Notes: generated by a model not told the origin, from the sequence alone. 64,000 bases of DNA from Trueperaceae bacterium (GCA_034520945.1 JAXHNB010000002.1:320001-384000); one strand, 5' to 3'. Shown: positions 44,819-56,449, counted from the first letter of the stretch. Translations and numbers: made by a program.

Positions 44819-46591
44819 TCACCAGTCGATCTCGGTGCTGCCTTGGCTCCGCAGCGCGCCGTCTTCGACGGTGGTGTAGCTCACGCTGGCGCCCAAGCGC
44901 TCGGCGACGAACTCTGCGTACGCCTCGATGGCGGTGCCGGCCTCGTCCACGGACTGGAAGTCGAGGTTGGCGCCCCCGGCCATGCCGGCCATCATCTGCA
45001 GTTGGCCCACCAGGCCGCCGACCGAACCGCGCAGGGCGCCCTGCGTGTCGGAGACGGACCAGCTGCGCACGCCCGAGGGCACCTGCGCATGCGCGTCGTT
45101 CAGGACGCTGGCCCCGCCGCCCTGGGCGTACGCCTCGAGCGCGGTGGCGGTCGCGTCGCTGGAGCCGGACAGCAGCACCCAACCGTCCACCACCGCGGCG
45201 TCGATCAGGAAGCCGTCCGAGATCTCGAGGCGCAGCACCTCGTGGCCGGCCACCTCGACCCGGGTGGGCGCGGCGCTGCCCTGCGCGTCCGGGGAGGTGA
45301 AGGCGCCGAGGTTCGGGCCGATCGCGCCCAGCAGCGTGGCCAGGCCTTCCTTGGCGGCCGCGTCGTCGCGGGAATCGATCAGCAGCACCTGCGAGCCCAG
45401 CAGCGCATTGGGGGTGACCCCCGGCTGCACAGCTTCGGGCGGCGAGGCCTGCACCTGCGCGATGCGCGTGCCGGCCCAGTCGAGCAGCACCGAGCGGGCG
45501 TCGATCTCGAACATGGCCAGCGCCTGGGTCGCAGTGGGCACGCCCTGCTCAGCGACCGAACCGAGCACGTCGTCCAGCCATGCCCACCACCCGTTCACGT
45601 CGAAGGTGCCTGCGCTGACCGCGATCGCGCCGGCGGGGGCGAAGGACAGCACCTCGGCGCCCGGCGCGTCGCTCTGCGTCAGCAGCCCGTGCAGCGACGC
45701 GTCGGGGCCCGAGGCGTCGGGACGTTGCAGTTCGGACGAGGCGATCCCGTCATCGGTGACTCGGATCACGCCGGTGGAGGGTCCTGCGGTCCGAATCGCG
45801 TCGCGAAACCGCGACAGCAGCGGGCCGAACTCGGTGGAGGCGGCGAACGGTTGGGCGGCGCCGAGCAACGGATCGGCGTCCATCATCCAGCGGACGGCGC
45901 CGTCGCCGAGCTCCTGCAGCGAGGCGTACAACGGCGCGTCGTCCATCGACGGCTCGTCCACGCCCGACTGCGCCCGCAGCACGAACCGGACGATCTCGAC
46001 GTCGGTGGAGGCGACCACCACGTCGTCGCTCTGCGCGTACGCCAGGGGGAGCGGCAGGTCGTCGTCGTCCGAGGGCATGCGGGTGTAGAAGCCGCGGCCC
46101 TCCTCTTCGAGGCGCGCCACGCCTGGGTCTTCGCCCATCGCGTCCGCCATCGCGGTCGCGAACGCGTCGGCCGTGTCGGGCGACACGCGGGCGATCATGG
46201 TGGCGGCGGGTATGGGACGTGACTGCGAGGCCGACACGACCAGCCAGGCCTCCTGGCCGAGCACGTCCATCGTCTCCAGTCCGCGGAGCGCTTCGGGGAC
46301 CGGGTTTTCCTCGACGTCCAGCTCGTCGGTGGCCTCCGCGGGGATGGCCGCGCCGAGAGTGTCGATCAGGCCCAGCCGTTCCGCTTCGTCCAGGAACGGC
46401 TGCACCCGCTCCGACTCGGAGGCGAGGTCGTGCAGGCCGATGGCCACCGCCGCGTCCTGCGGCAGAAGGCTGGGCAGGCTCTGGGCGGACGCCGTGGCGC
46501 CCCATGCGAACGCGAGGGCGGCCACGGCCGCGACGAGGCGAATGGGCCGCCGGAGCGGTGCGGATGGAGTGGCGAGACGGGTTGGTGTCAT
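44819..46591 (-). CDS. Large secreted/periplasmic hypothetical protein (possibly DUF3352-like)
   Basis: Signal peptide ...AWGATASAQ then LLPQDAAVAI; two similar-looking halves; TAAGGT 7 nt before ATG. Confidence 0.7.
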   Translation of the reverse strand: MTPTRLATPSAPLRRPIRLVAAVAALAFAWGATASAQSLPSLLPQDAAVAIGLHDLASESERVQPFLDEAERLGLIDTLGAAIPAEATDELDVEENPVPEALRGLETMDVLGQEAWLVVSASQSRPIPAATMIARVSPDTADAFATAMADAMGEDPGVARLEEEGRGFYTRMPSDDDDLPLPLAYAQSDDVVVASTDVEIVRFVLRAQSGVDEPSMDDAPLYASLQELGDGAVRWMMDADPLLGAAQPFAASTEFGPLLSRFRDAIRTAGPSTGVIRVTDDGIASSELQRPDASGPDASLHGLLTQSDAPGAEVLSFAPAGAIAVSAGTFDVNGWWAWLDDVLGSVAEQGVPTATQALAMFEIDARSVLLDWAGTRIAQVQASPPEAVQPGVTPNALLGSQVLLIDSRDDAAAKEGLATLLGAIGPNLGAFTSPDAQGSAAPTRVEVAGHEVLRLEISDGFLIDAAVVDGWVLLSGSSDATATALEAYAQGGGASVLNDAHAQVPSGVRSWSVSDTQGALRGSVGGLVGQLQMMAGMAGGANLDFQSVDEAGTAIEAYAEFVAERLGASVSYTTVEDGALRSQGSTEIDW

Positions 46592-46676
46592 GCCTTCCAC
46601 CTTACTTCATGCGCCCCGGTGCGCGAACCGTTCGCTGACCTGCCCGGCGGGCGGGGCGATGGGGGACCGAAAGGAC

Positions 46677-48672
46677 TCACAGTAGGGCCTTGGCGCGGCG
46701 CACGACCTCGTCGGGTGTGAAGCCGTACTCGGCCAGCACCCGGTCGCCGGGGGCGGAGTGGCCGTAGCGGTCGACGGAGATCACGTCCCCGGCGGGACCG
46801 ACCCACTCGTGCCAGCCCAGGCGGACGGCGGCCTCGACCGCCAGGCGGGCCGGCACGTCCGGCGCCAGCACCTCGCCTTTGTAGGCGTCGTCCTGCGCGC
46901 GGAAGCGTTCCCAGCTCGGCATCGACACCACGCGGGTGGGGATGCCGTCCTCCTCGAGCCGCTCGCGGGCCTCCAGGCAGATCGACACCTCCGAGCCGGT
47001 GGCGAGCAGCAGCAGCCGTGGCGTGCCGCCTGCCGCTTCGGCCTGCACGTAGGCGCCGCGCGCCACGGCGCCGCCGGGCACGCGCAGGTGCGGCACGCCC
47101 TGGCGGGTCAGGATCAGCGCGGTGGGGCCGTCGCGCCGCGCCAGCGCCCGTTGCCACGCCTGCGCCGTCTCGTTCGCGTCGGCGGGGCGGATCACGTCCA
47201 GGTTCGGAATCGCCCGCAGGGCGGCCAGGTGCGCTTCGGGCTGGTGGGTGGGACCGTCGCCGCCCAGGCCGATCGAATCGTGCGTGAACACGTACGTCAC
47301 CGGCCGTTCCATCAACGCTGCGAGGCGCAGGGCGGGCCGCAGGTAGTCGGAGAACACCAGGAAGGTCGCCACGAACGGCCGAACGCCGCCGTGAAGCGAC
47401 AGGCCGTTGGCGATCGCGGCCATGCCGTGTTCGCGCACGCCGAAGTGCACGATGCGTCCCGAGGCGTCGTCGCGGCTCAGCGAGCGCTCGCCGTCGAGGT
47501 CGGTGTGGTTGGAGCCGGCCAGGTCGGCCGACCCGCCGATCAACTCCGGCATGCGGGGCGCGAAGTGGTTCAGTACCGCGTGCGAGGCCTTGCGCGTCGC
47601 GATCGAGCCGCCGGGCTCGAAGGCGGGCAGCGGATCGTCGAACCCGCTGGGCAGCTCACCGGCCATGACGCGGACGAGCTGCGCCGCCTCGTCGGGATGG
47701 GCCTCGCGGTAGCGGGCCCACAGCGTCTCCCACGCCTCGCGCGCCTCGGCGCCCTTCGCCTGCACCTCGCGGCCGTCGGCAGCGACGTCGTCCGGCACCG
47801 TGAACGCCGGCCAGTCGATGTCGAGGGCCCGCTTGGTGGCGGCCACCTCCTCGTCGCCGAGGGCGGCGCCATGGATCTTGGGGGTGCCCGCCAGCTTGGG
47901 GCTGCCGTAGCCGATGGTGGTGCGCACCGCGATCATGCTGGGCCGCTCGTCCTCCGCGATGGCGGCCTCCATCGCCGCCTGCAGCGCGCCGTAGTCGTTC
48001 CCGTCGGAGACGCGCTGGACGTGCCAACCGTACGCCTCGTAGCGCTCCAGCACGTCCTCGCTGAAGGTGATGTCGGTGGGACCGTCGATGCTGATGTGGT
48101 TGTCGTCGTACAGGACCGTGAGCTTGCCGAGGCCGAGGTGGCCCGCCAGCGAGGAGGCCTCCGAGGCGACGCCCTCCATCATGTCGCCATCGGATGCGAT
48201 CACCCAGGTGCGGTGATCGAACAACGGCAGGCTCGGGCCGGTTGTAGCGCGCCGCCAGGTGCGCCTCGGCCAGCGCCATGCCCACGGCGTTGGCGAGGCC
48301 CTGCCCCAAGGGGCCGGTGGTGGTCTCGATGCCGGGCGCCAGGCCGACCTCCGGGTGGCCGGGGGTGCGGCTGCCCCATTGCCGGTAGCCTTTCAGGTCG
48401 TCCATGGACAGGTCGTAGCCGGTGAGGTGCAGAAGGGCGTACTGAAGCATCGAGCCGTGACCGGCGGACTGCACGTAGCGGTCCCGGTTCCACCAGTCGG
48501 GCCGCGCCGGGTCGTGCCGCATCATGTGCCGGTACAGCAGCCACCCCATGGGGGCGGACCCCATCGGCATGCCCGGATGCCCGTCGCCGGACGCCTGGAC
48601 GGCGTCGATGGCGAGGGCACGGATGACGTTGGCGGCGCGCTGGTCGAGGGCGCGGTCGTGAGCTGGGCTCAT
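46677..48672 (-). pseudogene. tkt: Transketolase with a +1 frameshift near 48230 (likely a sequence error)
   Basis: N-part [34 protein letters not shown]-part [31 protein letters not shown]; span 1996 nt = 3n+1; junction reads CCC GAG C CTG CCG TTG TTC. Confidence 0.92.
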
Positions 48673-48838
48673 CAGGTGTTTCCTCCGTTCGAGGTGGGGC
48701 GCAGCCGCGCGGGTCGGTGTCGTGGAGATACGACGGGGTCGCTCCCGGACCGCCCGCCCAGCGGGCGTTCGTGACGGCGTTCACCATAGCAGGCGGGCCG
48801 GCGCGCGCGGCCCGGGGTTACCCCCGCGCGCTGAGGGT

Positions 48839-49318
48839 TCAGGCCTCCTGGCGGCGCGCCAGGATGGCGTCGCGCACCCGTTGCCCCGCCTCCCAGTGAC
48901 GCTGTTCCATCTCCGAGGACACGCGAAGGCGCGGCACGGGCGTGGGGCGCCCATCATCCCCGATCGCCACGAAGTTCAGGTGACCGACGGTGGTCAGCGA
49001 GCGGGCGCCGCTGGTGGGGTTCTCGGCGTACACCTCGCTGCGCACGATCATGCTGGTGGTGCCGGCCCACGCCACGCGGCTCCGCACCTCGAGGATGTCG
49101 CCGACCCGGACCGGATTGCGGAAGTCGACCGGCTCGGTGGAGGCGGTGACCGAAATGCGGCGGCAAAAGCGGTTGCAGGCGATGGAGGCGTTGATGTCCA
49201 TCAACTCCAGCGCCCGCCCCCCGAACAGGGTTCCCACGGGATTGGTGTGGTGCGGGAACACGGCGTCGACGGTCGTCACCCAGCGACTGGACCGTGTTCG
49301 CTTCGGATCGATGGCCAT
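48839..49318 (-). CDS. Hotdog-fold acyl-CoA thioesterase
   Basis: VFPHHTNPVGTLFGG, VTAS...VDF, GTTSMIV, FVAI; TATACT 6 nt before ATG. Confidence 0.92.
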   Translation of the reverse strand: MAIDPKRTRSSRWVTTVDAVFPHHTNPVGTLFGGRALELMDINASIACNRFCRRISVTASTEPVDFRNPVRVGDILEVRSRVAWAGTTSMIVRSEVYAENPTSGARSLTTVGHLNFVAIGDDGRPTPVPRLRVSSEMEQRHWEAGQRVRDAILARRQEA

Positions 49319-49387
49319 GCTGTGAGTATAGTCGGGGCCTGCTATCCTTCTCCCATGGCCGCTCGGCCGGGCGGCGCCCAGGCGCAG

Positions 49388-49471
49388 GTCCGAACGGGCG
49401 GTGTTCCGAATCAGGTGTACGTCCGAACGGGGGCGAGTCCGAGCGGGGACGAGCCCGACGTGTGTTCCGGA
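49388..49471 (+). repeat. Imperfect 16-17-nt periodic repeats (GTCCGAACGGG-like) in the bioY leader
   Basis: CCGA cores at 49390, 49406, 49423, 49439, 49455; exact GTCCGAACGGG at 49388 and 49421. Confidence 0.55.
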
Positions 49472-49479
49472 GGTGTTTC

Positions 49480-50067
49480 ATGCTCGACGTACGTTCGTCC
49501 GCGCCGACCGGCCTGCTGGTCGATCGTCTGGTGCCCGTGCGCAGCCCGGCGTTGCGCATCGCCGTGCAGGTCGTGATCGGCGTGGCGTTCCTGGCGGCGC
49601 TGGCGCAGGTTCGCGTTCAGGTCGGGCCCGTGCCCATCACCGGGCAGACGCTGGGCGTGCTGCTGCTCGGGGCCGCCTACGGGGCCACCCTGGGCCTGGG
49701 CACGACGTTGGCCTACCTGCTGGCCGGCGCGGCGGGTCTGGCCGTGTTCAGTGGCGGCGGCGCCGGGCTGTCCACGCTGCTGGGCCCGACCGGAGGCTAC
49801 CTGTTGGGCTTTCCCCTGGCGGCGCTGCTGGTCGGAGCGCTGGCGGCGCGCGGCTGGGACCGGTGGATCGGTTCGGCCGCCCTGGCCATGGTGGCCGGCA
49901 ATGTCGTCATCTACACGTTCGGGCTGGCGTGGCTGTCGCGCTTCGCGCCCGACCTGCCCACCACGCTGGCGTGGGGCCTGTGGCCGTTCCTGGCGGGGGA
50001 CGCCGTCAAGATCGTGGCGGCGGCGGGGATGCTTCCGCTGGCGTGGCGCCTGCTGGGGCGTCGCTGA
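49480..50067 (+). CDS. bioY: Biotin transporter BioY
   Basis: PVPITGQTLGVLL, YLLAGAAGLAVF, GPTGGYLLGF, PFLAGDAVK; GGAGGT RBS. Confidence 0.93.
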   Translation: MLDVRSSAPTGLLVDRLVPVRSPALRIAVQVVIGVAFLAALAQVRVQVGPVPITGQTLGVLLLGAAYGATLGLGTTLAYLLAGAAGLAVFSGGGAGLSTLLGPTGGYLLGFPLAALLVGALAARGWDRWIGSAALAMVAGNVVIYTFGLAWLSRFAPDLPTTLAWGLWPFLAGDAVKIVAAAGMLPLAWRLLGRR

Positions 50068-50102
50068 GCAGCCGGAGGGTCGCGCACGTCTTCTTCGGCA
50101 CC

Positions 50103-50270
50103 ACGAGAACACCCCCGGACGCTCGGGTCCGGGGGTGCGGTGCTCCGCCATGGATTGAGGGGCCGCGTGGGCGCCCCATTCCAGGAGGCGGGTCCTAGGC
50201 TACCCTCGGCGGGCACCTCCACTGGTCGTGCGATGCGATTCGCGTATTTGGACCACCTCCTTTCCGTGGT
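50103..50270 (-). ncRNA. Candidate small RNA with extended complementarity to the 16S rRNA 3' end
   Basis: Promoter TTGCCG-18-TAGGGT (50306-50277), GAAAGGAGGTGGTCCA at 50264-50249, second GGAGGTG, internal anti-SD, terminal hairpin. Confidence 0.45.
50110..50137. terminator. 11-bp hairpin (bioY terminator and/or terminator of the antisense small transcript)
   Basis: CACCCCCGGAC-GCTCGG-GTCCGGGGGTG; followed by TTCTC on the minus strand. Confidence 0.65.
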
Positions 50271-50372
50271 GATGTGACCCTAGCGCACCCGCCCTGGCGG
50301 CGGCAAGGGCCGGGGCCACCTGCCCGGCACGGGCGGCGACGCCCGCCGATATGCTGTGGGTGGAGGTTCGAC

Positions 50373-52439
50373 GTGCTCACCGTGTCCGAGAAGCTGGTGT
50401 TTCTGGTTCTGGCGTCGTTCTCGTTGGCGTTCGCGTACGGCGGGTTCGAACGCGTGGTGCGGGCCACCGCCCGTGGAGCGAGGGGCGGAAGCGACCGCAC
50501 GCGGGGGATGGCGTCGCGCGTGGGGGCGGCGTTGGTGCGTACCCTGTCGCAGGTCACGGTGTTCCGCGATCGGCCGTGGGTGTCCACGTTCCACGCCGCG
50601 GTGTTCTACGGCTTCGTGTTCTACCTGGCGGTGAACCTCGCCGACGTGGCCAAGGGGTTGGCACCCCACGCCTACACGGCGTGGCTGGGGTCGACGTGGG
50701 CCGGGCCCTACCGGCTGGCAGCCGATGTGTTCACGGTGGCGATCCTGTTCGGCATGGCCTCTCTGTTGGTGCGACGGTTCGTGCTGCGCGATCCGGCGTT
50801 GGCGCCGCAGGCGGCGCTGCACCCGCGCGCCGCGGCGGGCGGCATCCGACGCGATTCGCTGATCGTGGGGACGTTCATCACGTTGCACGTCGGCTTCCGC
50901 TTGCTGGGGGAGGGGTTCTTGCTGGCCGCGGAAGGGGGGACCGACGCCTGGCAGCCGTTCGCCAGCCTGATCGCCGCCGGCGTGGGCGCGGACGAGTCGC
51001 GGCGAATCGGGTGGCACGTCGGTTGGTGGGGTGCGATCGGGCTGGTGTTGGCGTTCCTTCCGTACTTTCCGCGCAGCAAGCATCTGCACCTGCTGGCGGC
51101 GCCCGTCAACTTCGCGCTGGAGCGGCGGCGCTCGGATGGGACGCGGATGCCCTCCGGCGCGCTGGAGCCCTTGGACCTGGAGGACGAATCGGCCGAGACG
51201 TTCGGGGCCGAACGCCTCGAGGACCTGCCCTACGCGCAGATCCTGGACGCCTACGCCTGCATCCAGTGCCACCGCTGCACCGACGCCTGCCCCGCGTACG
51301 CGACCGGCAAAGCGCTGTCCCCCTCGGCGCTGGAGATCAACAAGCGCTATGAACTCACCCTGGTCGCGGACCGGTTGGCGGCCGGCGAAGCGACCCCCCG
51401 GCCGTTGCTGGGGTTCGCGCAGGACGAGGAGCAGATCTGGGCGTGCACCACCTGCGGCGCCTGCATCGACGCCTGTCCGGTGGGCAACGAGCCGATGTTG
51501 GACATCGTCGACATGCGCCGCGAGCGCGTCCTGATGGCCGGGGCGTTTCCCGCCGAGCTGCAGCAGGCGTTCCGCGGGATCGAGCGCACGGGAAACCCCT
51601 GGGGGCTCGGCCAGGATGCCCGCCTGGATTGGGCCGAAGGCATGAACGTTCCCACCGTCTGGGAGGCGCCCGACTTCGAGGTGCTGTTCTGGGTGGGGTG
51701 CGCGGGGGCGTACGATCCGGTGGCGCAGGAGACGACGCGCGCCATGGCGCGGATCCTGGATCACGCGGGCGTCCGCTACGCGGTGTTGGGCAAGAACGAG
51801 ACCTGCACCGGCGACCCTGCGCGGCGCGCGGGCAACGAGTACCTGTACTACCAGCTCGCCACCGAGAACGTGGCCGTGCTGAACGACGCCCTGGCCGACA
51901 CGGTGCTGGACCCGGCACGGGCCAAGCGCGTGCTGACGACCTGTCCGCACTGCTACAACGCGCTGTTGAACGACTACCCGCAGCTCGGCGGCGACTACCA
52001 GGTGGTGCACCACACCGAGGTCCTGGACGAGTTGGTGCAGGCCGAACGCCTGCCCCCCCTCGACCTCGGCCAGGGGACCACCTACCACGACCCGTGCTAC
52101 CTGGGCCGACACAACGGCGTGTACGACGCACCGCGGCGCGTGTTGGGCGGCGAGGGCGACCCCCCGCGCGAGATGCCACGCACCCGCGAGAAGAGCATGT
52201 GCTGCGGCGCCGGCGGCGCGCAGTTCTGGAAAGAGGAGTCGCCCGGCCGCGAGAAGGTCGCCGACGCCCGCATGGCCGAAGCGCGCGCGACCGGGGCGGA
52301 GGTGGTGGCATCGGCGTGCCCGTTCTGCAAGTCGATGCTGGGCAGCGCGGCGGGAGAGGAGGACGGCCCCGAGGTGCTCGACGTGGCGCAGCTCTACGAC
52401 CGGCGCCTGCGCTCCCTCCAGGATCGGTTGTCTCCGTGA
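50373..52439 (+). CDS. Membrane Fe-S oxidoreductase (FadF / heterodisulfide reductase-like)
   Basis: N-terminal TM domain with SKHLH; CIQCHRCTDACP and CTTCGACIDACP; two CCG-type domains (YHDPCYLGR, CCGAGG, ACPFC); GGAGGT RBS. Confidence 0.9.
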   Translation: MLTVSEKLVFLVLASFSLAFAYGGFERVVRATARGARGGSDRTRGMASRVGAALVRTLSQVTVFRDRPWVSTFHAAVFYGFVFYLAVNLADVAKGLAPHAYTAWLGSTWAGPYRLAADVFTVAILFGMASLLVRRFVLRDPALAPQAALHPRAAAGGIRRDSLIVGTFITLHVGFRLLGEGFLLAAEGGTDAWQPFASLIAAGVGADESRRIGWHVGWWGAIGLVLAFLPYFPRSKHLHLLAAPVNFALERRRSDGTRMPSGALEPLDLEDESAETFGAERLEDLPYAQILDAYACIQCHRCTDACPAYATGKALSPSALEINKRYELTLVADRLAAGEATPRPLLGFAQDEEQIWACTTCGACIDACPVGNEPMLDIVDMRRERVLMAGAFPAELQQAFRGIERTGNPWGLGQDARLDWAEGMNVPTVWEAPDFEVLFWVGCAGAYDPVAQETTRAMARILDHAGVRYAVLGKNETCTGDPARRAGNEYLYYQLATENVAVLNDALADTVLDPARAKRVLTTCPHCYNALLNDYPQLGGDYQVVHHTEVLDELVQAERLPPLDLGQGTTYHDPCYLGRHNGVYDAPRRVLGGEGDPPREMPRTREKSMCCGAGGAQFWKEESPGREKVADARMAEARATGAEVVASACPFCKSMLGSAAGEEDGPEVLDVAQLYDRRLRSLQDRLSP

Positions 52440-52486
52440 CGCCGGGCCGACCGTGAGGACCGGGCGGGCCCGGTAGCGTGGCGGGC

Positions 52487-53083
52487 ATGCGGCGTACCCT
52501 GTGGATGGTCCTCGGCGCGGTGGCGCTGGCCGGTGCGGGCCTGCTGGCCTTCCGGACGGGGGTGGCGCTGGCGCCCCCGCCGGAGCGCGTGGGCACGGTG
52601 CTGGACCAGCCCCAACCCACGGCCGACCTGGCGCTGCGCAGCACCGAGGGGCGCGTGGAGATGGGCGGGGTGGCCGCCCGGGCGGACTGGACGCTGGTGT
52701 TCTTCGGCTTCGTGGATTGTCCGGACGTGTGTCCGATGACCATGTCGCGCCTGGCCGACACCTACCGGGAGCTGGGGGAGCCGTCCGACCTTCAGGTCGT
52801 CATGGTGACGGTGGATCCGGAGCGGGACGACCCGGCGCGGCTGGAACGCTACGTCGACGGGTTCCACCCTTCGTTCATGGGGTTGGGCGGCAGCAGCGAG
52901 GACGTCGCGGCGGCCGCCGAGCGGTTCTTCATCGGCTACAACGGAACCGGCGAAGGGATCGCGCACACGGAGGCGGTGGCGCTGCTGGACGCCGAGGCAC
53001 GCCTCCGCGTGGTGTACACGCAGGGCAACCTGCACGGCCTGCAGCGCGACCTGTCGAGCCTATTGAACGGCGGGCGCCTCTGA
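52487..53083 (+). CDS. SCO family copper chaperone
   Basis: FFGFVDCPDVCP, VTVDPERD, conserved His in IAHT; TAGCGT 7 nt before ATG. Confidence 0.93.
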   Translation: MRRTLWMVLGAVALAGAGLLAFRTGVALAPPPERVGTVLDQPQPTADLALRSTEGRVEMGGVAARADWTLVFFGFVDCPDVCPMTMSRLADTYRELGEPSDLQVVMVTVDPERDDPARLERYVDGFHPSFMGLGGSSEDVAAAAERFFIGYNGTGEGIAHTEAVALLDAEARLRVVYTQGNLHGLQRDLSSLLNGGRL

Positions 53084-53114
53084 CGCCCGCCGCCGCCGAC
53101 GTCGGTCGGCGGGT

Positions 53115-53375
53115 TCAGTTCATGTCGGCAAGAATGCCGTACAGGGTGCGGCGATCCTTGGCGTCGATCTCCAGGCGCGTACGGGGACCGTCGATCCGTA
53201 GGCGCTGTCCAGCGCGGCGGCGCGTGGTGTAGATCTCCACCGTCTCGTCGCCGATGCGTGCCAGCACGCGCCGGAAACTGGGGCGATCCTGGACGACGCG
53301 GTGCGCCATGGTGCGCAGCGCGTGCGCGTCGAAACCGTCGATTTCGGTGGTCAGGGGGCCGATGTGGACCGTCAT
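53115..53375 (-). CDS. Hypothetical 86-aa protein
   Basis: GAGGTG RBS; fills the gap between convergent SCO and pyrC; family not recognised. Confidence 0.6.
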   Translation of the reverse strand: MTVHIGPLTTEIDGFDAHALRTMAHRVVQDRPSFRRVLARIGDETVEIYTTRRRAGQRLRIDGPRTRLEIDAKDRRTLYGILADMN

Positions 53376-53633
53376 GATGGCTCACCTCGCAGGCGTGGAT
53401 TCCGGGGCGTGCGTGCGGCCCCCCGGTGGGCGCGAAGGGCATGGTAGACGCCCTCGGCCCACCGTGTGTCGCCGTCGATACGTGCAACGGGACATTCGCC
53501 AACGATCCGATGGCTATTTAGGGATATGGGCTTGGATCCATAGTCGAACGCACGTATTTCATTTCGATTCGGGAATCCTGAGCCGTTCGCGTCGGCGCGG
53601 GCGCCCGACGCTTGCCGCCATCCCCTGCGCGGG

Positions 53634-54913
53634 TCAGGGACCGTACACTTCGGCGCCGCCGACCCACGTCCGGACCGGCCATCCTCGAAGGGCCCACCCC
53701 TCCCACGGGCCGAAACGCGCTTTGGAGCGGAAGCGACGGCCCTCCACCGGACGCTCCGTGTCCAGGTCCAGCAGCACCACGTCCGCCGGCGCGCCGGCCT
53801 CCAGCCGCGGCGGCTCCAGGCCCAGCACGCGGGCCGGTCCGTCCTGCATCAGCGACAGCAGCGCCGGCAGCGTCAGGAGTTCGCCCTGCACCAATTCGGT
53901 GTACAGCAGTGGGAACGCGACTTCGAGGTTGGCGATGCCGAACGGGGCGTTCAGCAGGTCGCGGCGTTTCTCGTCCCGGGTGTGCGGCGCGTGATCGGTC
54001 CCGATGCAGTCGACGCCTCCCTCCTGCAGGGCTCGTCGGAGGTAGGCGACGTCGTCCGCGGTGCGGAGGGGCGGCGCGACCTTGAAGACGGGGTCGAACC
54101 CCTCGAGCCGGTCGTCGGCGAGGGTGAGGTGGTGCGGCGTGACCTCGCAGGTGACGGCGACGCCCCGTTCCTTGAAGTACGACACCACCTCCAGGGCGGC
54201 GCGGCAGGTCACGTGCGCGATGTGCACCCGCGCCCCGGTGAGGCGCGCGATCTCGCAGTCGCGGTAGACCATCGCCGCTTCGGCCGCGGTGGGATTGCCG
54301 GGCAGCCCCAACCGTTCGCTGACCGTCCCTTCGTTCATGACGCCGTCGCGGCGCAGGGTCGGGTCCTCGGAATGCGTCTGGACCACCAGGCCCAGGTCGC
54401 GCGCCCACTCGCAGGCGCGGCGCATCAGATCGCCGTCCACGACCGGTATGCCGTCGTCGGTCAACATCACCGCGCCCGCCTCCGCCAGGGCGGCCGCGTC
54501 GGTGAGGCGCGTCCCCGCCAGGCCCATCGACAGCGCGGCGGCCGGCCGCAGGCGGGCGCCGGGCAGCGCCTCCGCCCGGGCGAGGAGCGACCGAACCAGG
54601 CCCGGTTCGTCGACCGGCGGGTCGGTGTTGGCCATCGACACCACGGTGCCGTAGCCGCCGGCCGCGGCGGCGGCCAGCCCCGAGGCGAGGTCCTCCTTGA
54701 CCTCCTGGCCGGGATCGCGCAGGTGCACGTGCGGATCGATGAAGGCGCTCGTCAACGTCAGGCCCGTGGCGTCGACCTCGTGGTCTACGGGACCGGCCGG
54801 CTCCGACCCCTCGATGCGCCCGCCGAACAACACCAGGTCGCCGCGGTCTTCGCTGCCCTCCGGCGTCGCCCACGTCGCGCCCCGGATCCGCGTGCGCGTC
54901 TGCGTCTCCTGTT

Positions 54914-54917
<4 letters not shown>
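53634..54917 (-). CDS. pyrC: Dihydroorotase
   Basis: DPHVHLRDPGQ, MANTDP, TDDG, HSED, HIAH, EVTPHHL, KVAPPLR, GTDHAPH. Confidence 0.95.
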
Positions 54918-56412
<1,495 letters not shown>

Positions 56413-56449
56413 CTAGGAGGGGTGGACGCCGCCCCCGCGAAGCGGCCAC

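Noticed and set aside
48222..48240. Programmed ribosomal frameshift in tkt
   Set aside because: No slippery sequence at the junction and no precedent known to me; an indel is simpler.
49388..49471. Possible CRISPR mini-array
   Set aside because: Units are degenerate with a 16-17-nt period, leaving no room for spacers, and there are no cas genes.
50249..50264. 16S rRNA gene fragment on the plus strand
   Set aside because: Only 15 of 16 nt match the 3' tail and the flanks have no rRNA similarity. Treated as an extended SD on the minus strand.
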